This document shows, piece by piece, positions 47,489-61,449 of a stretch of 64,000 bases of DNA. Under the pieces are notes generated by a model. The model saw nothing but the letters and a program-made list of their open reading frames with translations. It was not told the DNA's origin and searched no databases. The first letter of the stretch is position 1; each line of letters opens with the position of its first letter. Source of the DNA: Peribolospora baueri. Lineage: Eukaryota. Where the stretch lies: positions 1 to 64,000 of the forward strand of contig JAMDHS010000023.1 in assembly GCA_029717555.1 (NCBI GenBank), in the 5' to 3' direction. The translations under genes and the position numbers were made by a program.

Positions 47489-50454
47489 TCACTGCTGGAG
47501 CGGGATTGCGCTCGATTTTGTGAGATGATGCGCGTCGTGGAAGAGGGATTTCCACCTGATGTGCCCGTGCCCGAGTCGGAGAGACGCCGTCGGATGACTC
47601 GTCAGCATCACCGCACCTCTCCACCAGCGAAGAGCGACTGGGCAGGAGGAGCGATCGCCACTCACATGAACGCCTCACTCAAAAGCAGCTCCGCATCCTT
47701 GTCCGTCCAGTCCTGCGTCGGCAAGCTCTGGAGGAACATGATGATCCCCTGCCGTTTGTCCCGAGTCGAATGGAGGGGACAACAGAAAAGATGAGCGGAC
47801 GCGAAGGGCAAGCCAGTCTCGGAGATCCAACACACCTGAAAGTCCATGCCCTGTAGTTTGTCACTCCACTTGACCAGGAAGGCCGAGCAGACGTACACGT
47901 GAAACTGCGAGAACGCGTCTGCGCCTTCGGCCTACACGAACACCGCCAACGGGAGAGGCGAGGGTGAGACGTGTCCTTCACCTGCGCGACCGGTCGAAAG
48001 AAAAGCGACGACGACTCACGAGATAAGTGTCCCAGATGCGGATGATGTTACGCACGCTCATCTCTCTCATCAGCAGGCAGTTCATCCACCGGAAGGCAAA
48101 ATGCATAAACTCTACGTTCTGCGCTTGGAGGTGGGCGTGTAGCGGGGCTGACATCGGGTCGGCACGATGCGCGTGACGAAACAAAAGGGCAAAGCCAGTC
48201 AGGTCAGTGGGCATTCATGAGCAAAAAAATAAAACTCCCTTCTCACCGTCGATTCTCGCCACCAGCTCTGCCATTTTCTTGACCTGCCTTTGAATTCCCG
48301 GCTGCGCATGGGTATAATTGTCCTGGATACCATCCAAAAGTTTGCTCAGGCACCAGAACGTGTCGGCTTCGAGCGCTTCCAGCGCGCCAAGCGGCAAGCG
48401 AGAGACGTCGTACAGCTCGGCGTCCAGGCCTGAAGGAGAAGACAAGAGAAGAGCCAGTCAGGGACTAAGACGGAGCGCGCGGAATCCTTCAACGCTCACC
48501 GATGTATGCGCCGAGAAAGACGGTGAAAAAGGGCGTAGCGAGGTCGTTGATCCCCTGAACGTAGCCACTTGCCGGATGTCGAACAGCCCAGACGTACAGT
48601 ATTCGTTCGAGGCTCTGTGTAAGGCAAACGGGAGGAAGGCGCGCCGTCATCGTTGCCGCCCGCCTCACAACTAGAAGGGAAGCATGCACGCTCCCACTCA
48701 CCCTTTGCGTGCCGTCATACTGCCACAGCTGCGTGCCAGGCTTGGTCCGCGGAACGTCGATGGAGATCTGATGCCACATGGTCTGATTGAGCTCCTTACT
48801 GAACGCATACCGCGACGCTTCCGCGTACTCTGCGCGCTTCCGCGCAAGCGTCTCTCGCCGGATGGATCTGGATGTTGGGAGGTGTCCCTGTAAGGCCCCG
48901 AGCGAAAGTTGAGCATCACAGCGCGCCGCAGGAAGGGTCGACACAAAATGACATGGAAAGCGTGAGCGTCATCAAAAGCCACATATGAAACGGCTGTGGA
49001 GAGCGAACGCGCCACGGAGAGCACCTTCCTACGCACCAACAACAGCTGCCACGCCATCGGCCTCAACTCGTCCGGAATGCCCGACCAAGCCAGCTTGCGC
49101 AACTCGGCTACGGGTGTATTGAAAACGAACCGTGTCAGCGCCTTTGTCTCTAAGAGAGAGAGCGTGTATCGCATCGCTCAAAGTCTGTTTGACGCGACTC
49201 GAACTGACCCATGTCGACCTCCTCCGCCTCGAGACATTTGATGAACCTTTCCCGCCTCCTTACGGTCCTTACGCTATCGCTCCGTGCCCGCGTCCCCCAC
49301 CGACCATTGCTGGGCGTCGCTTCGGTCTGCAACGGCTCGTACCTCGGAGGGGAAATGCTCTGTTCTTTGCGACCAGTGGACGTAGGAGAAGACAGGCCGG
49401 GTCGGTGGAAGGCGGAGGCGGGGCCAACAAAGTCGTACGAGGAAGAGAGGCTGCCGGGCAAGGGCTGGTGGCCGTGGGCATCTGATGCGTCGCGTGAGGA
49501 GGAGGAGGAGTAGGATGAAATGGGTATAGGTATGCCTCTCCCGGACGTTGTAATGGGAGGGGAAGACGCGGACGGCGGTGCAGAGGTAGAGGAAGGGGCG
49601 GGTATGGACACCGACATGGTGGGCAAACCGCCCGACGTTCGATGAGGCTTGGGGATGGAGGGCGTCGCAGGCGAAGGTGGAGAGGTGGTTGAAGGGGAGC
49701 TCAAGCGGAGGAAGTGAAGGGCCGTCGTCGGATCTGCTCGCGCCACAGCGGAAACGAACCACGCGTCATTAGCGATGCAGACGACAGCGTCGTTCTCCGT
49801 CCACACCCCCTTACCTTTGACGAGATCATCTACATGACTGTGTACGACAGCGCTCATGATCTCGGACATCCTTCGCTTGCCCTTAGCGAACCCGATAGCG
49901 GCCACGCCCGCCTCCGTATCGTCGCTGTCGCCGTCTTCTTCATAAGCATGCTTGTGATCACGCAATGTTGAACCGGCTGTGGAATCGGAGGAGGTGGCCA
50001 ACGAGCTTGAAAGACCCTCGCCTTCCACCTTGCCATCTGCGCCCACGAGAGTCCAAGTCGCTGTGGGAACACGCGAGCGTGGCTTGAGCGGCGGGGAGCT
50101 AGGAGGCGATTTGACAGACTCGCTCGAACGTCCATTCGGCTTTCGGGATGAAGACGATCCAACGGCAACAGCGGCAGAGGCAGAGGCAGCCGCCGTCGTC
50201 GTCGTCGTCGCCCTATTGCTGCTGCCAGGAGCGGGCGGCCGGGAGGAGGCCGAGGAGACGCCCTCGCGCTCGACGAACGACTCGTCGTCCGAGCCGTCGT
50301 CCCACGCCTCCTCCTCCCAATCCAAAGGAGAGGCACCCACATCCTCCCTCTGTGCCGCGCCTAGAGTAGCCGCCGACGCTGATCTGGATGGATCATGTGA
50401 GGACGGAGCGGCCAATCGCGATCGCGGCGGGTTGGACAGTCCCAGAGAGTACAT
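47489..50454 (-). CDS. GYP1: TBC-domain Rab GTPase-activating protein (Gyp1/TBC1D22), multi-exon
   Basis: LRKLAWSGIPDELRPMAWQLLL, QISIDVPRT (Arg finger), SGYVQGINDL (Gln finger), EADTFWCLSKLLDGIQDNY, FAFRWMNCLLMRE, FHVYVCSAFL; last exon WKSLFHDAHH...QQ*. Confidence 0.95.
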
Positions 50455-50675
50455 GGTCGGCGGTTATTAGAGAGGGTGAGCGGGGTATCGACGGATGAGA
50501 GTCTAGAGCGTGAGGCAAAGTGGGAGCAACATCGACGACGGAGGAAGGACTCGAGGTGAGCTGAGGCGGTCGTGTAGCCCAGTCTGGCCGGTCCAGCTGT
50601 CCGCGATAGATGCGTCGACAGTTCGTGCAGTGGACTGGAGGAACGGAAGATGCTCACCGACGGCAATCACCTTAT

Positions 50676-50704
50676 CACGTGCAGTCACGTGCCGTGTCCA
50701 CGTG
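50676..50704. promoter_or_regulatory. Triple CACGTG cluster in the GYP1/USO1 divergent promoter
   Basis: CACGTG at 50676, 50686 and 50699, each read as YCACGTGC. Confidence 0.5.
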
Positions 50705-50846
50705 CATCTGTCCCTGCTGCGGCTGGCAGGCCCGCCGGCCCCACCACTGGTCGTGCACGTCCTTAATACTTGGCCAGCACTCCTACCCAGACGGCTTCGA
50801 CGGCTCCTCGAACCACCCCCCCCCCCTCCCAGTCCCCCGTTTATCC

Positions 50847-53800
50847 ATGGAGTGGCTCACACGAAGCTACGCCTCCCTCTCCACTCCCGCGGGTGGAGCG
50901 CAGGACGCTCCGTCGACGATCGCCAAACTCGCCGATCGGCTCGCCAGCTCCACGCTCCTCGAGGACCGACGAGCCGCCGTGCTATCGCTCAAGGGCCTGA
51001 GCAGGGACTGGAAGAAGGATGTCGGAGACATTGCTCTCAAACCTCTTGTTGCAGTGCTTGCCGACGACGCTCAGCATGATCCTGACCTCGCCAAGGCGCT
51101 CTTTGAGACGCTCAACACCGTCTGCGAGCGCGACGTCGGACAGGACGGCCGGCCGCTCAACGCCAAGGTGCGCGCCGCATTAGACCCCCCCTCCACCTCG
51201 CTCAAATGCTTCCTGTGGATTTTGATTGGCTAACGGCGAGTGTGCATTATCTTGTCTTCTACGAGCAGGACGACCTCGGGATTCGTTTCACTGACAGCTT
51301 CCTAGAGGTGCGGTTTGGTTGCCTACGCGGCGAGCGTGCTCGTCTCCCAAACCAGCTCACCCATCCCGAGACGATTCTTCTTCCTTTCTACCGTCGCTGT
51401 TTTCTGGCGCAGTCTCAAGAGCCAATACAAGCTCTTCTTGGCCTCCTTTCCCAGACCAACTTCTACACCCGGTTCTCTGCCCTCCAGTTCCTGTCCACAT
51501 TGTTGAGCAACCGAACAGACAAGGTGCAGGCTCAGGTTCTTGTCGCTCCTGGAGGGTGTGGAAGACTGCTGGAGTGTCTGGACGATAAGCGCGAGATCAT
51601 CAGGAATGGTGAGCGTCGCCATTCTGAACTCATGAAGCTTTGCACGCGAAGCTCAAGTTCCCTGCTCGACGACTGCAGAAACTCTTCTCCTCTTGACAAA
51701 CCTCACCGCGAGCAACGCGGACATTCAAAAGATCGTTGCCTTTGAAGGTGCCTTTGAGCGCTTGCTCGAGATTGTCCATCTCGAAGGAGGCATCGAAGGT
51801 GGGATCGTCGCCCAGGACTGCCTCGAGTGCCTTGGGGGCTTGTTGCGCTGGAATGTCAGCAATCAGGTGAGATTAACTGCACTGCTTGAGCCTCCCTTCT
51901 CTTTCCCACAGCGTCGAAAACGCGATTCTAGCAGATTGTTTCCTTCTTTTCTCCTCCCACCAGAACTACTTCCGCGAAGTCTCCGCCATCCCCCTCCTGG
52001 CTCCTCTCCTGCTCTACCCTGTCGCTCTGCCTCCTGCTGCCATGTCTCGCTCCGCAGAGGCGAAATACTCTAGGGAGCTTGAGACGTTCGCCATGCAGGC
52101 ATGGGACGAGCAAAAGGCCGTTAACGCGAGCTTGGTCATCGCTTTGGTGGGCCTTCTGGTAGGCGGACAGGGAAAGAGCAGGGAGGGTAATCAGGTACGC
52201 CAACTCCATCTCTTGACTGCCACTATTCGAATGTGCTCGAGATCATCGCTGATCTAGCTCTCAACCGATCGTCTGCTCCTGCCCGTTTTTCCGGTGGATC
52301 TAGAACGCCCTTCTTGCCTCCGGCCTGACAAAGTGCCTTTTCGAGCTCGCTCTAGCTAGCAGTGCTCCACCACTTCTTAAAGCGCAGGTGAGAAGTTACC
52401 TGTGCTTCCCTGTTCATTGACAAGAATGATAACTTGACCTGTCTACTTCTTGTCGATATGCAGGCTTTGAACGTGCTCGCGTCGGTCCTTCGTTCTTCCC
52501 GGCCGAATCAAGACTTCCTCTCCTCCCTTCTCATCTGTCCCCTCCTTGCTATCAATCCTGAACCCGCCTCCGATACCCCTCCCTCTCGCCAATCAGCGAC
52601 TTCTACTCCCCGCCGGTCCCTCGACTTGGACGCCGCTCGACCCGGCGGTGGGAAGTATACCCGCTTGCCGGCCCGACCCGCCATCTTGACACTCATTGCG
52701 ACTGCCATTCATGGCGGACAGATGTTTGGTTTCCGCGTGGCTGCTGTTAACTGCTTCGAAGTGAGTCGATGCTTGCCTCCTGTCTGATTCGAGTAGGCTG
52801 TGCTGTCTTTGGACGGGCAGTGACAGGACGTTGACGTTACATGGTGTTGTCGCTTCTTGCAGAGCTTCATCACGGGCAATCCAGATGCCCAACTCGGTAT
52901 TATTTCGACAATGTCTCCACCGGACAGCAACTCGAACGACGCTTCGGGTCCTGATCGACCACAGTCGGCCGGCACCTTGCTCCTTGCTGGCCTCTCAGAG
53001 TTTCCGACAACCACTTCCGCGTCCACCTTCGATCCTTATAAACCTCTCCTCTCCGCCATCCTCTTCTGCCACCTCATCCGCAACTCGGAGCAGTGCAAGG
53101 CCATTGCTCGAGAAGTCAGCTTTGGTGGCGACGCCAAAGACTCCTCTGCGAAGGAGGAAGCCGATGCGGAAGCGGATGAGGATGATAAGGTCAGCTTGGT
53201 GCACGTTCTGATCGGTAATCTGATGATGGCAGGACGAGAACAATCCGAGAGCGCGCGAAGAGCTCTGGGCAGCGCAGATGGTGACGCACACTTGCAGGCT
53301 GGGTCCGTTGCTTCTGCGGCGGATTGGGCGCGCGTCATGGTAGGCTATCTCGTCGTGCTGTGCACTTGGCTTTGGGATAGTCCTGGCACTGTGAGGGAAT
53401 TTTTGGGAGAGAGCGCCAACTTGCAGGTCGTAAGTCGTCGTTAAGGATCAACTTTTTTTTGTTTACGCGCTCTCTCCTGCCGAGGTATCTTGAACAATCG
53501 CTTCTTCTTCCTTCTTCTCACAGCTTATTCAACCGGTGGCTCAGTCGTCGGGCGTGGATCCGCTTGTGCAAGGCCTTTGCGCATTCCTCCTCGGTATCTG
53601 CTACGAGTTCAACACCGAGCCGGGACCCATCACACGGTGAGCAGTGCTGCCGTCACGCTCGTCACTTCTCTCCCATCGTAGGGGTGGGATGGGCGTCACC
53701 CATTTGACCGGCTGACCCGGTCGTTCTTCTGTGCCGCGTGCTTGCCGTTCTATTTCCAGCGCCACTCTCCACCCTATCCTTCACTCCCGAATCGGCGCAG

Positions 53801-54919
53801 ACCAGTTCTCAAGCCGCCTTATCCGTCTCCGAGACGACCCGCGCTTCCAGGCCGTGGGACCGGAGGTCTTCGAGATGCTGATGGAAGAACAGACGGGAAG
53901 AGGTGACGATCTCGGAGGCTTCTGGTTCGATTGGGCCTTTGTTGACTTTTGGAAGAATAATTATGGTGAGTACGCCATCGGGTGTCACGTCGCTTCTCGC
54001 AGTCAAGTTTGGTGCCGATGTGGCTGTTGCGTTACATTCGAAGCGAGAAGGATTCTGAGCCGTGGCTCCTTTCCCTTCCCTCCACGATAATAGTTACCAT
54101 CCAGCGCTCCATTCTCAGTGACCCAGATTCTTCTAGCCGACAAGGTAAAATTTGTTTATCGTCAGCAATCCAGCAACGCACTACGAGAACTGACACTTGC
54201 CCAACTCCCGACATATCGCCCAGCTCCGTCTAACAATGAGATGGAAGCGCTGCAGCAGGTGACCGCCCTGCGCGAAACTCTTAGCGTGCAGAGCCAGGAG
54301 ATCGAGCAACTCAACTCGAAGATGATGCAGATGCGCACCGCTCACGAGGAGGAGGTCAGTCTCGAGCTGTCTTCTTTTCTCATCGGTACATGGAGATGCG
54401 GGGGTTTGCGCTGTCGCTGATTCGCTGACGCGTTTTTCCTGGAATTTCGCCTTTTTTGCGGCGCGATACGATCTGACCACGAACGCAGCGAGAAGCCCTT
54501 TTGAAAGAAATCAACACGCTGACGCGCCAGACTGTCGAGTTGAAGAGCGAGCTGGACGCAACGGCGCGGGAGAAGCAGGGGGCGGAGAAAGAGCGAGATG
54601 AGGTGCGCGCCAAGCTCGAGGCAGCCGCGGAGAAAGGCGGAGGCGAGGAGGGTGGTAACGGAGAAGGGGAGCGGGAAGACCTGCTTCTGTGAGTGATGAG
54701 TTGTTCCACTGATCTCCATTCGCAAATGAAAGCCCATCACCGTGATCTTCTTCGTCTAACCGCTTCATTGTGCATTCCCTCGTTCCTGCCTCATTTGTTC
54801 CGTTCAGCTTGCTCGAGGAGTTGAGCGTCAAGCGAAGAGCCGACAAGGCCAAGCTCAGGGAGCTCGGTCAAGAGGTGTCCGACTCTGACGATGATGACGA
54901 GGACGAGGGCGAGGAATAG
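50847..54919 (+). CDS. USO1: Vesicle tethering factor Uso1/p115, about 14 exons
   Basis: TIAKLADRLASSTLLEDRRAAVLSLKG, FYTRFSALQFL, LDDKREIIRNE, IQKIVAFEGAFERL, GGIVAQDCL..LLRWNVSNQNYFRE, LVQGLCAFLLG, WFDWAFVDFWK, EDLLLLLEEL, acidic tail SDSDDDDEDEGEE*. Confidence 0.94.
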
Positions 54920-55305
54920 AAGACAGCAGATGCACGCGTTTGTGCGTGTGATGGAGATTTCTTCGCAGATTTGCTAGCTAGGTGCTTGTGCGTTTTGCAA
55001 CCGTACTCATGCGGAACTGGTTGACTGAGTCAGAAGCAGAAGGAGGGGAGACATCTCAGAACCGCGCTTGCCCTGTCCAAGGTGCGATCTTGGAGGCGGA
55101 CAGAAGAGACGATAAACATGGCCGGAATGGGCTTTCTGCTGAACATCCGTCACCCTTGTTGGCGGAGGTATCGAGATGCATTAAAGCTCGGCAGAATGCT
55201 CTCCGTCCGAGTGCTATAGTACATGCGATCAAGAAGGCAAACTGGCCAAAAATGACGAAGTATAGATCGAACAGAAAGGAGGCGGCGACGCGACAAAAAA
55301 ACGAA

Positions 55306-58300
55306 CTAGGCGATACTAGCTATGGTTCTCAGCCCGCCGGGCCCATTTCGCGACGACACAGATGTTCGACCGCCGCCCGTCGTCGTCGACGTGACCCACT
55401 TGCGCTCGCCGAGTCGCTCTGTGAGCCTGCGCACCCGATCGCGCATGACCTTTGCCTGTTCCTTCTGCACGCGATACTGATGTTCGGGTCGCCACTCTGC
55501 CCTTTGCCAAGCTTGACCCGCTCTTATATGGGAAAGGTCCACGACACGCGGCGTGGAGGTGAGACGCAGAATCTCCCTGTAGAGTACCTTGCTCTCCTTG
55601 CCGAGAGCGGCGGCATCGTCGGCAGAGCCCGCCGCATCGGCAAGGGCCGTTTCATCGGTGGTGCCCATCGTTCTTGAGGGTAGAGGACCCTTACCGCTAA
55701 GTTGGTCGATGACCGGCAAGCGTTGAAGAGTAACGAGGAGATCTTGGCTCTTGAGGAAGGTGTTTTCGGCGCGCAGGAAACGCACAGCCCCGCGCAGAGA
55801 CTCGATCTATCGCGATGTGACGACGAACAATGAGGCGGACGAAATGAACAATCGGCAATGATACATATGGTCGGGACCCTGATCACCTACCTGCTCGATG
55901 AGATACGACGTCTCTAGACTTCCACCAGCTGCTGGGCCAACTTCTCCATCGATTGTCGCAGCACCTGACGATGCTGCAGTAGAAGAGAGGCCAGTCTGCT
56001 TTAGCCACAGCCTATGTGCTGTTGCGACGGCACGCATATCCCAGTCCTGAGCGTCATCTCACCTCCGCCAGCTTGCATGGGGCCGGCTTTTTGAAGCTTG
56101 TCGTAGTCCTCGCGCAGGGCTTCGATCTCCTCCTGCAAGCCCTTGGAATGGTCGTCGTACTCCTTCGCTTGCTTCTTGGCTTTTGCGAGGTCGGATTCCA
56201 GCTCTGTGATCGCCTCGGCCTGTCATAGCAGGACGAGCAATAACGTATGAGTAAAGCTTACCCGACTGGAGACCTTGGTTAGTTTGCGTAGGATAAGCCG
56301 CACCCGTCCCTACCCACCTGCTTCTTGATTGTCTCGAGCCTCTTCTCCATGAGCTCGATCTTGACAGCGGACTCCTGCAACGCTTGGTCCTGAAAACCAG
56401 AAGACACCCCAACAGTAAAAGCCATTAGCGGAGATCACAAGACATCATGTCAATCAAAAGTCTCTCGCTCACCCTCGTTTTGACTTCGCGAACAAGGTCC
56501 TTGACATCCTCGTTGAGCTTCGAGACCTTGCGCTCTGCGTCCACATTGACCGCGGCGTTCTGCTTCATTTGCTGGACACGTGCGAGCCACGGGCCTTGGC
56601 CACCGACTGAGGACATGCGAGGCCACGCAAAGATGGCTTGAGCCTTGTTTTGCAGACAAGAGCAGAAAGCCGAAACTGACTCACTCTGAATGACATATTC
56701 TTTCTCCTCAGCCGTCTGAAGCACGGTCGCAAGGGATTGTGCCAGGTGGGCAGTGGACGCCAGAGGTCCCGCCCAGTGGTTAACGTCTGTTCGTCCGAGA
56801 GCCTCCTCGGTGGCGTCCTCGATGAATTGCAGCATGTTTGACATCTCGAAAGGCATCTTCGCTGTCCGGACTTCCGTGGTGTACATGGCCACTGATTCCG
56901 CCAGCTAGGGATGGAAGAATACACAGACGAGTTAGGCGCTAGCTGATTGAGCGGGTAGCGGTTAACAAGCGGAAAAGATCCTTACGCGAGTCGCAAATAC
57001 GACGAGCTTGGAACAGAGCTCGGCAAGGGTAGGCAGTGTAGAAATGCTGTCACCGCGCACTGCCTCCGAGTTCCGAACGAGGTTTGTTAGCCTTCGGAGG
57101 AGCTTCTTAGAGGGCACCTTGCACGATTTGACGTTGTGCAGGATCTGTTGCATCGGGTCGAACACGTCGTCGTCGAGATTCTTGCCGGCCAAGTCCCATT
57201 CCACCTCTGCATTTTTCATCACGTTGAAAGAGAAAGACGTTCAAATGAAGGGATAGTCATGAGAGCACAGCCATGCATCGCTTGGACCATCTCAAAGACC
57301 TACTCACCGGGATCCTTGGACAACACAGCGATCGACTGCTTGGCAAAACCAATGGCAGCCGCGAGCGTGTCAAGATCGAGATCAAAGGTGGCCGCGCATC
57401 CGAGCTCCCTTTCACCGAGGTCCGTGTCAGCTTCGTCGAACTGAGTGTCGAAGAGGTGGTCGAACTGGGCAATGAATCTGGAAGCGACAAAGTACGGAAA
57501 TGGGTAGAAGTGAGAACGACCTCTAGCGCCTCAGAGCAAGACGCTGGAACGAGGAATCCGCGTGTACGGCGCCTTCTTCCACGCGTGACTCACTTTCCGA
57601 ACTCTCTTCCGCACTCAGCCTCCCTCAACTCCTCTCGTCGAAGCATCTCAATAAAGCCGTCCACCTTGCGCTCCACGCTCGTGAGATCGTGGTAAACGCG
57701 ACCGATCTTCAGGAACATCTCGACGGAGCACGCTTGGAGTACGGCGACGATGCGACGGTTCAATGCGGAGAAGTGGGCGAGGCGGTTGCGCATCTGGCAG
57801 ATGGCAATCATGTTCTCCGGAACGATGGTGTTAAGGCTCTCAGCGATGTCGTGGTTTTGTTCTACGACTTGCTTGATCAGATCGGACTTGATGGCCAGAC
57901 GTTGGAAGAAGAGGAGGGCGTTCACAGAGTCGGCATCGGCCTCGAAGAAAGCGGGTGGAAGGTAAGGCTGCGCAGGCAAAGCAATACGGACAAAGAGCGA
58001 CGAGTCAGACGCAGTCCTCCTTCGTAGGTTTAGATTCCATTTCGAACTCCTCCCGCCACTCACCTTGGTCATCTTCAAATTCTCCATCGCCTGGGATGCC
58101 TCCATCTTGCCGAGTTCGAGTTCGATCATCTTGGCCTGGGATTTGAGCGCCGAGGACTGGAGCTTCAGATTCAGGTTGAGCATAGCCTGTGACTGGCTCG
58201 TCAGCTCTTTGGACTCCGAGCTCTGCGTTTGCTGTTGTTCTCGGAGTTGTTCGAGGTCGCTGCGCGTAGAAGTAAATGCGCATATGTCACATGAGCTTGT

Positions 58301-61167
58301 GCGGAACGAAGAAGCGAAGTGATGTACGACTCACTTTTGCAAGTTGGTAACTAGCTCGCGGAACTGAGCGAACGTGTTCTCATAGTCTGCCACATTTTCT
58401 TCCAAGGTCTCGGTGCGCCGCTTGAGCTCGCGCAGCTGCATGTCCTTGAAGTCTGTGGAAGACAAAGGCATTCAATTCCGAGCGACCGTGGGTCGTTGAG
58501 CAGGTAAGGGAATGGGGTCGTGCACACTGTCGGCAATCGACGACGATAGCTCACTCACCGATCTCTTCCTGCAGTTGCTTCTCAGTCTCTACGTGGTTCT
58601 CCTCGAGCTCGTCGTTAAGCTCTTTGATAGCCTCGAGATCTTCGAGCGCAATCTGCATCTCCTCCAGTTTCTAAACACAGAAAGGAAAGCGGGAGATGAG
58701 CCATACAGCTGACATAAACATGAAAGTACCGCGACGAAACTCGCCTCGCCAAGGAAGAGGTTGCGCTCGGTGAGTTGCTCGAGCATGTCCTCCGCGCCCA
58801 GCGCATCGTCCAGCTGCAGCTTGAGGTCCTCCACCTGCAAGTCCGCTAGCTCCAGTCGGTCCTTGACAGTCTCGTATTGAGCTGATAGAAAAGACGTAAA
58901 ATCGGCTCGACGCGAGTGTCAGGGTGACGAGTACGGTTGCCGGCGGTGACAGATGATCATCGCTCACTCTGCAGGTCCTGAAGAGACATGAGCTCTTTCT
59001 CCAACTCGTTGATCTTGCGCCTCTGCTCCTGATCTGTCTCATTAGTGATGTCCCGGAGTCTGCAAGGAGATTTGAACAAGAATCGGATGTGAATACACGA
59101 TCGTCGAGAAGGGCAGATTCGGTCATGTACTGGCAGCTCACCGAAGCAACGCATCCTTGAGCCGCTCGTTCTGCTTCTCCAGCTGGATGTACGCCATAGA
59201 GCTTCTGTCCGTCTCGCTTATTTCGCCGAGTTCGTAGGCAGCTTTCGATCCAAGCAGATGTGGAAGGCCAAAGTGAGCCACATCCCGCCCACCCTCACCG
59301 CGTCAACATCCGAGCAAGTCCACTCACCGTTCTCCTCCCTGAGCACGCTCAACTCGACCTCCATGTCAGCCGCCTTCTCCTTCAAGCCCTCCAATTCAAG
59401 CTGCGCCGCCTCGTTCTTTTCCTCTGCCACTTCCTTGTCGAGCGTGGCCATCTCGAGCTGCTCAGTCATGTCAAGCAACTTGCTCTCGAAGTCTTCTCTC
59501 TCCGCCGTCGCGTCTTTGAGTAAACGTTGCAGATCACGGATCTCTGTTTGCTGATCAGTCATTCGTTCTGCATAAGGACGATAAGCCAGGAGCATGTGAA
59601 AGCGAAACGGGTGTCAGCAACGCATTGTCTGTGCTGATAAACGGCAATAATACAAGGATAGCCAACTGGGGCATGGGCCGACAAGTCCACATTACGAAAC
59701 TAACCTTGCATCTTCGGCTTGACGCTCAGGAACTGCTCCGCCTCCTGCTTGACCCTGTCCATTTCTCGCATCTTGTCCCTATCCTCGGCGCGCTTCGCCT
59801 CGGCAATGCGCAGTTTCACCCTGAGCTCTTCTAACTCTCTAATGGGGACCATCTGTGACGGAAATGAAAGGCCAGAAGCCAGATTGTAGTGAAAGGAGTA
59901 AGCCAACTTGAAACGTAACCGGACTGGGCTATCAGCGGAGACTTTGTTGGTGCGACGAAGCCTCCCAGCGAGCGACGACATCACAACTTTAGCAGCAGAA
60001 AGCAGCGAAATCTCACATGCTCGTTACGCGCGGGAGCCTGCAAGGACATAGGGTCCGGCTTTATTCTCGGTGGGCTCTTGGTGGGGCTGCTCGTCCTCCG
60101 CTGCCTCGACTCGGATCTCGGGCCCGGTACAAGTCTTTCCGCACCATCGTCGCTCCCTCCATCAGGGATGTCGAGTTCCTCATCTAACAGAGAGCTTGTC
60201 GCGTCGATTGACGCAGAGGAGGCAGCGGGACTGAGAAGTGGGTCCTTCACGCCCGCTCTCGAGGACGACCTTCCCTTGGCAGAGGCGAGGGCGGAGGAGG
60301 GGCTAGGGCGAGGAGCAGCGGAGGCAGACGAAGGCTTTCCGGCGGCGGCGATTCGAGCTGCAATGTTAGCAGAGGCGGAGGAAGGAGGTACGCGGGAGAG
60401 AGACGGTCGAGGTGCGGACACTCCGCCGGGTGTACGCATGTGTGTACCGCCCGGTCGAGTTGCTGAGGCCGGGATAGCGGCACTCATCGACAGCCTGCTC
60501 CGGCCTGCCGCGGGAGTTGACGGCGCCGCGCCTGCAGCCGACGTGCGTGCGAGTGGTCGCCCCGCCACTGAGCCAGCTCGGGACGGCGTTGCGGAGGAAG
60601 GTGTAGAGGGCGTGGTGGAAAACCTTCGTGCAGCGGCAGCAGCGGTGGGCGTGCCGGTCGAGGGACGAGCAGCTCCACCCATGCTTGAACGGCCACTTAT
60701 CGACGATGGACGGCCACCTGTGGAAGATGGGCGACCGATCGTCGAAGAGGGTCGGGAGCTCGTCGAGGACGCTCGCGACTGGAGGTGAAAGAACCATTAA
60801 CGTGGATGATCGAAGAGCAGACCAGACTGCTTCAAGAAAGGTGCTGTACACTTACCATCGCGGCTGATTTTGTTGGCGAAGAGACAGCTGAGGCGTGAGT
60901 AGCAAGGGCGGCGGGCTGCCGTAGGACCTTAATTTGGCTGGGCCTCACAAACACGCCATGGAGGGGCGGTGCCTCGAAGTACCTCTTGCCCTGCACCGTA
61001 CCATCGTTCTTCCCATTCGGCTCGTCTAGAACGACTCCCACCCACCTCCCTGCGGCGAAGCTCGTCTGACCCTCGAACCCGACGACGCCTTGGCCCAGCT
61101 TTGCGATCTCCACACGCGTTCCTACCACGATCTTCGCCTCGGCCCCGGGCGACGGTCGGGCTGCCAT
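55306..61167 (-). CDS. Dynactin p150(Glued) subunit (Nip100/NudM/Ro-3 orthologue), multi-exon
   Basis: CAP-Gly domain with GKNDG (GRWVGVVLDEPNGKNDGTVQGKRYF), basic Ser/Pro-rich linker, EMATLDKEVAEE, LEKQNERLKDALLRLRD, DALGAEDMLEQLTERN, MLNLNLKLQSS, PYLP. Confidence 0.95.
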
Positions 61168-61449
61168 GGTGGACGAGCGCTATGGAGCAATGTTGAGATG
61201 CGGCTGACACAATGCCCGGGCCCACTGGCTAGTTGCTGGGCTTGCGCCGGCTCGTTGCGATAGATGTCGATGGTGGTGCTTGATGGCGGTTATGGTCTTG
61301 CTTGCCTTAGTCCGTCCCTCCAACTACCACTCGCGCCGCCTCGAGCCGCAGCAGGCGGGATCGTGCGCGCCGAGCTGGACGGAAATGAAGGACGCGGGAA
61401 GGCGCAGTTGGAGGAGACGCAAGTGACTACCACCATCCACGCGAAACCG

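Noticed and set aside
54689..54807. GTGATGA...CTGA in the last USO1 intron as a possible C/D snoRNA
   Set aside because: The boxes are only about 10 nt apart and abut the splice donor; there is no terminal stem or distal D box.
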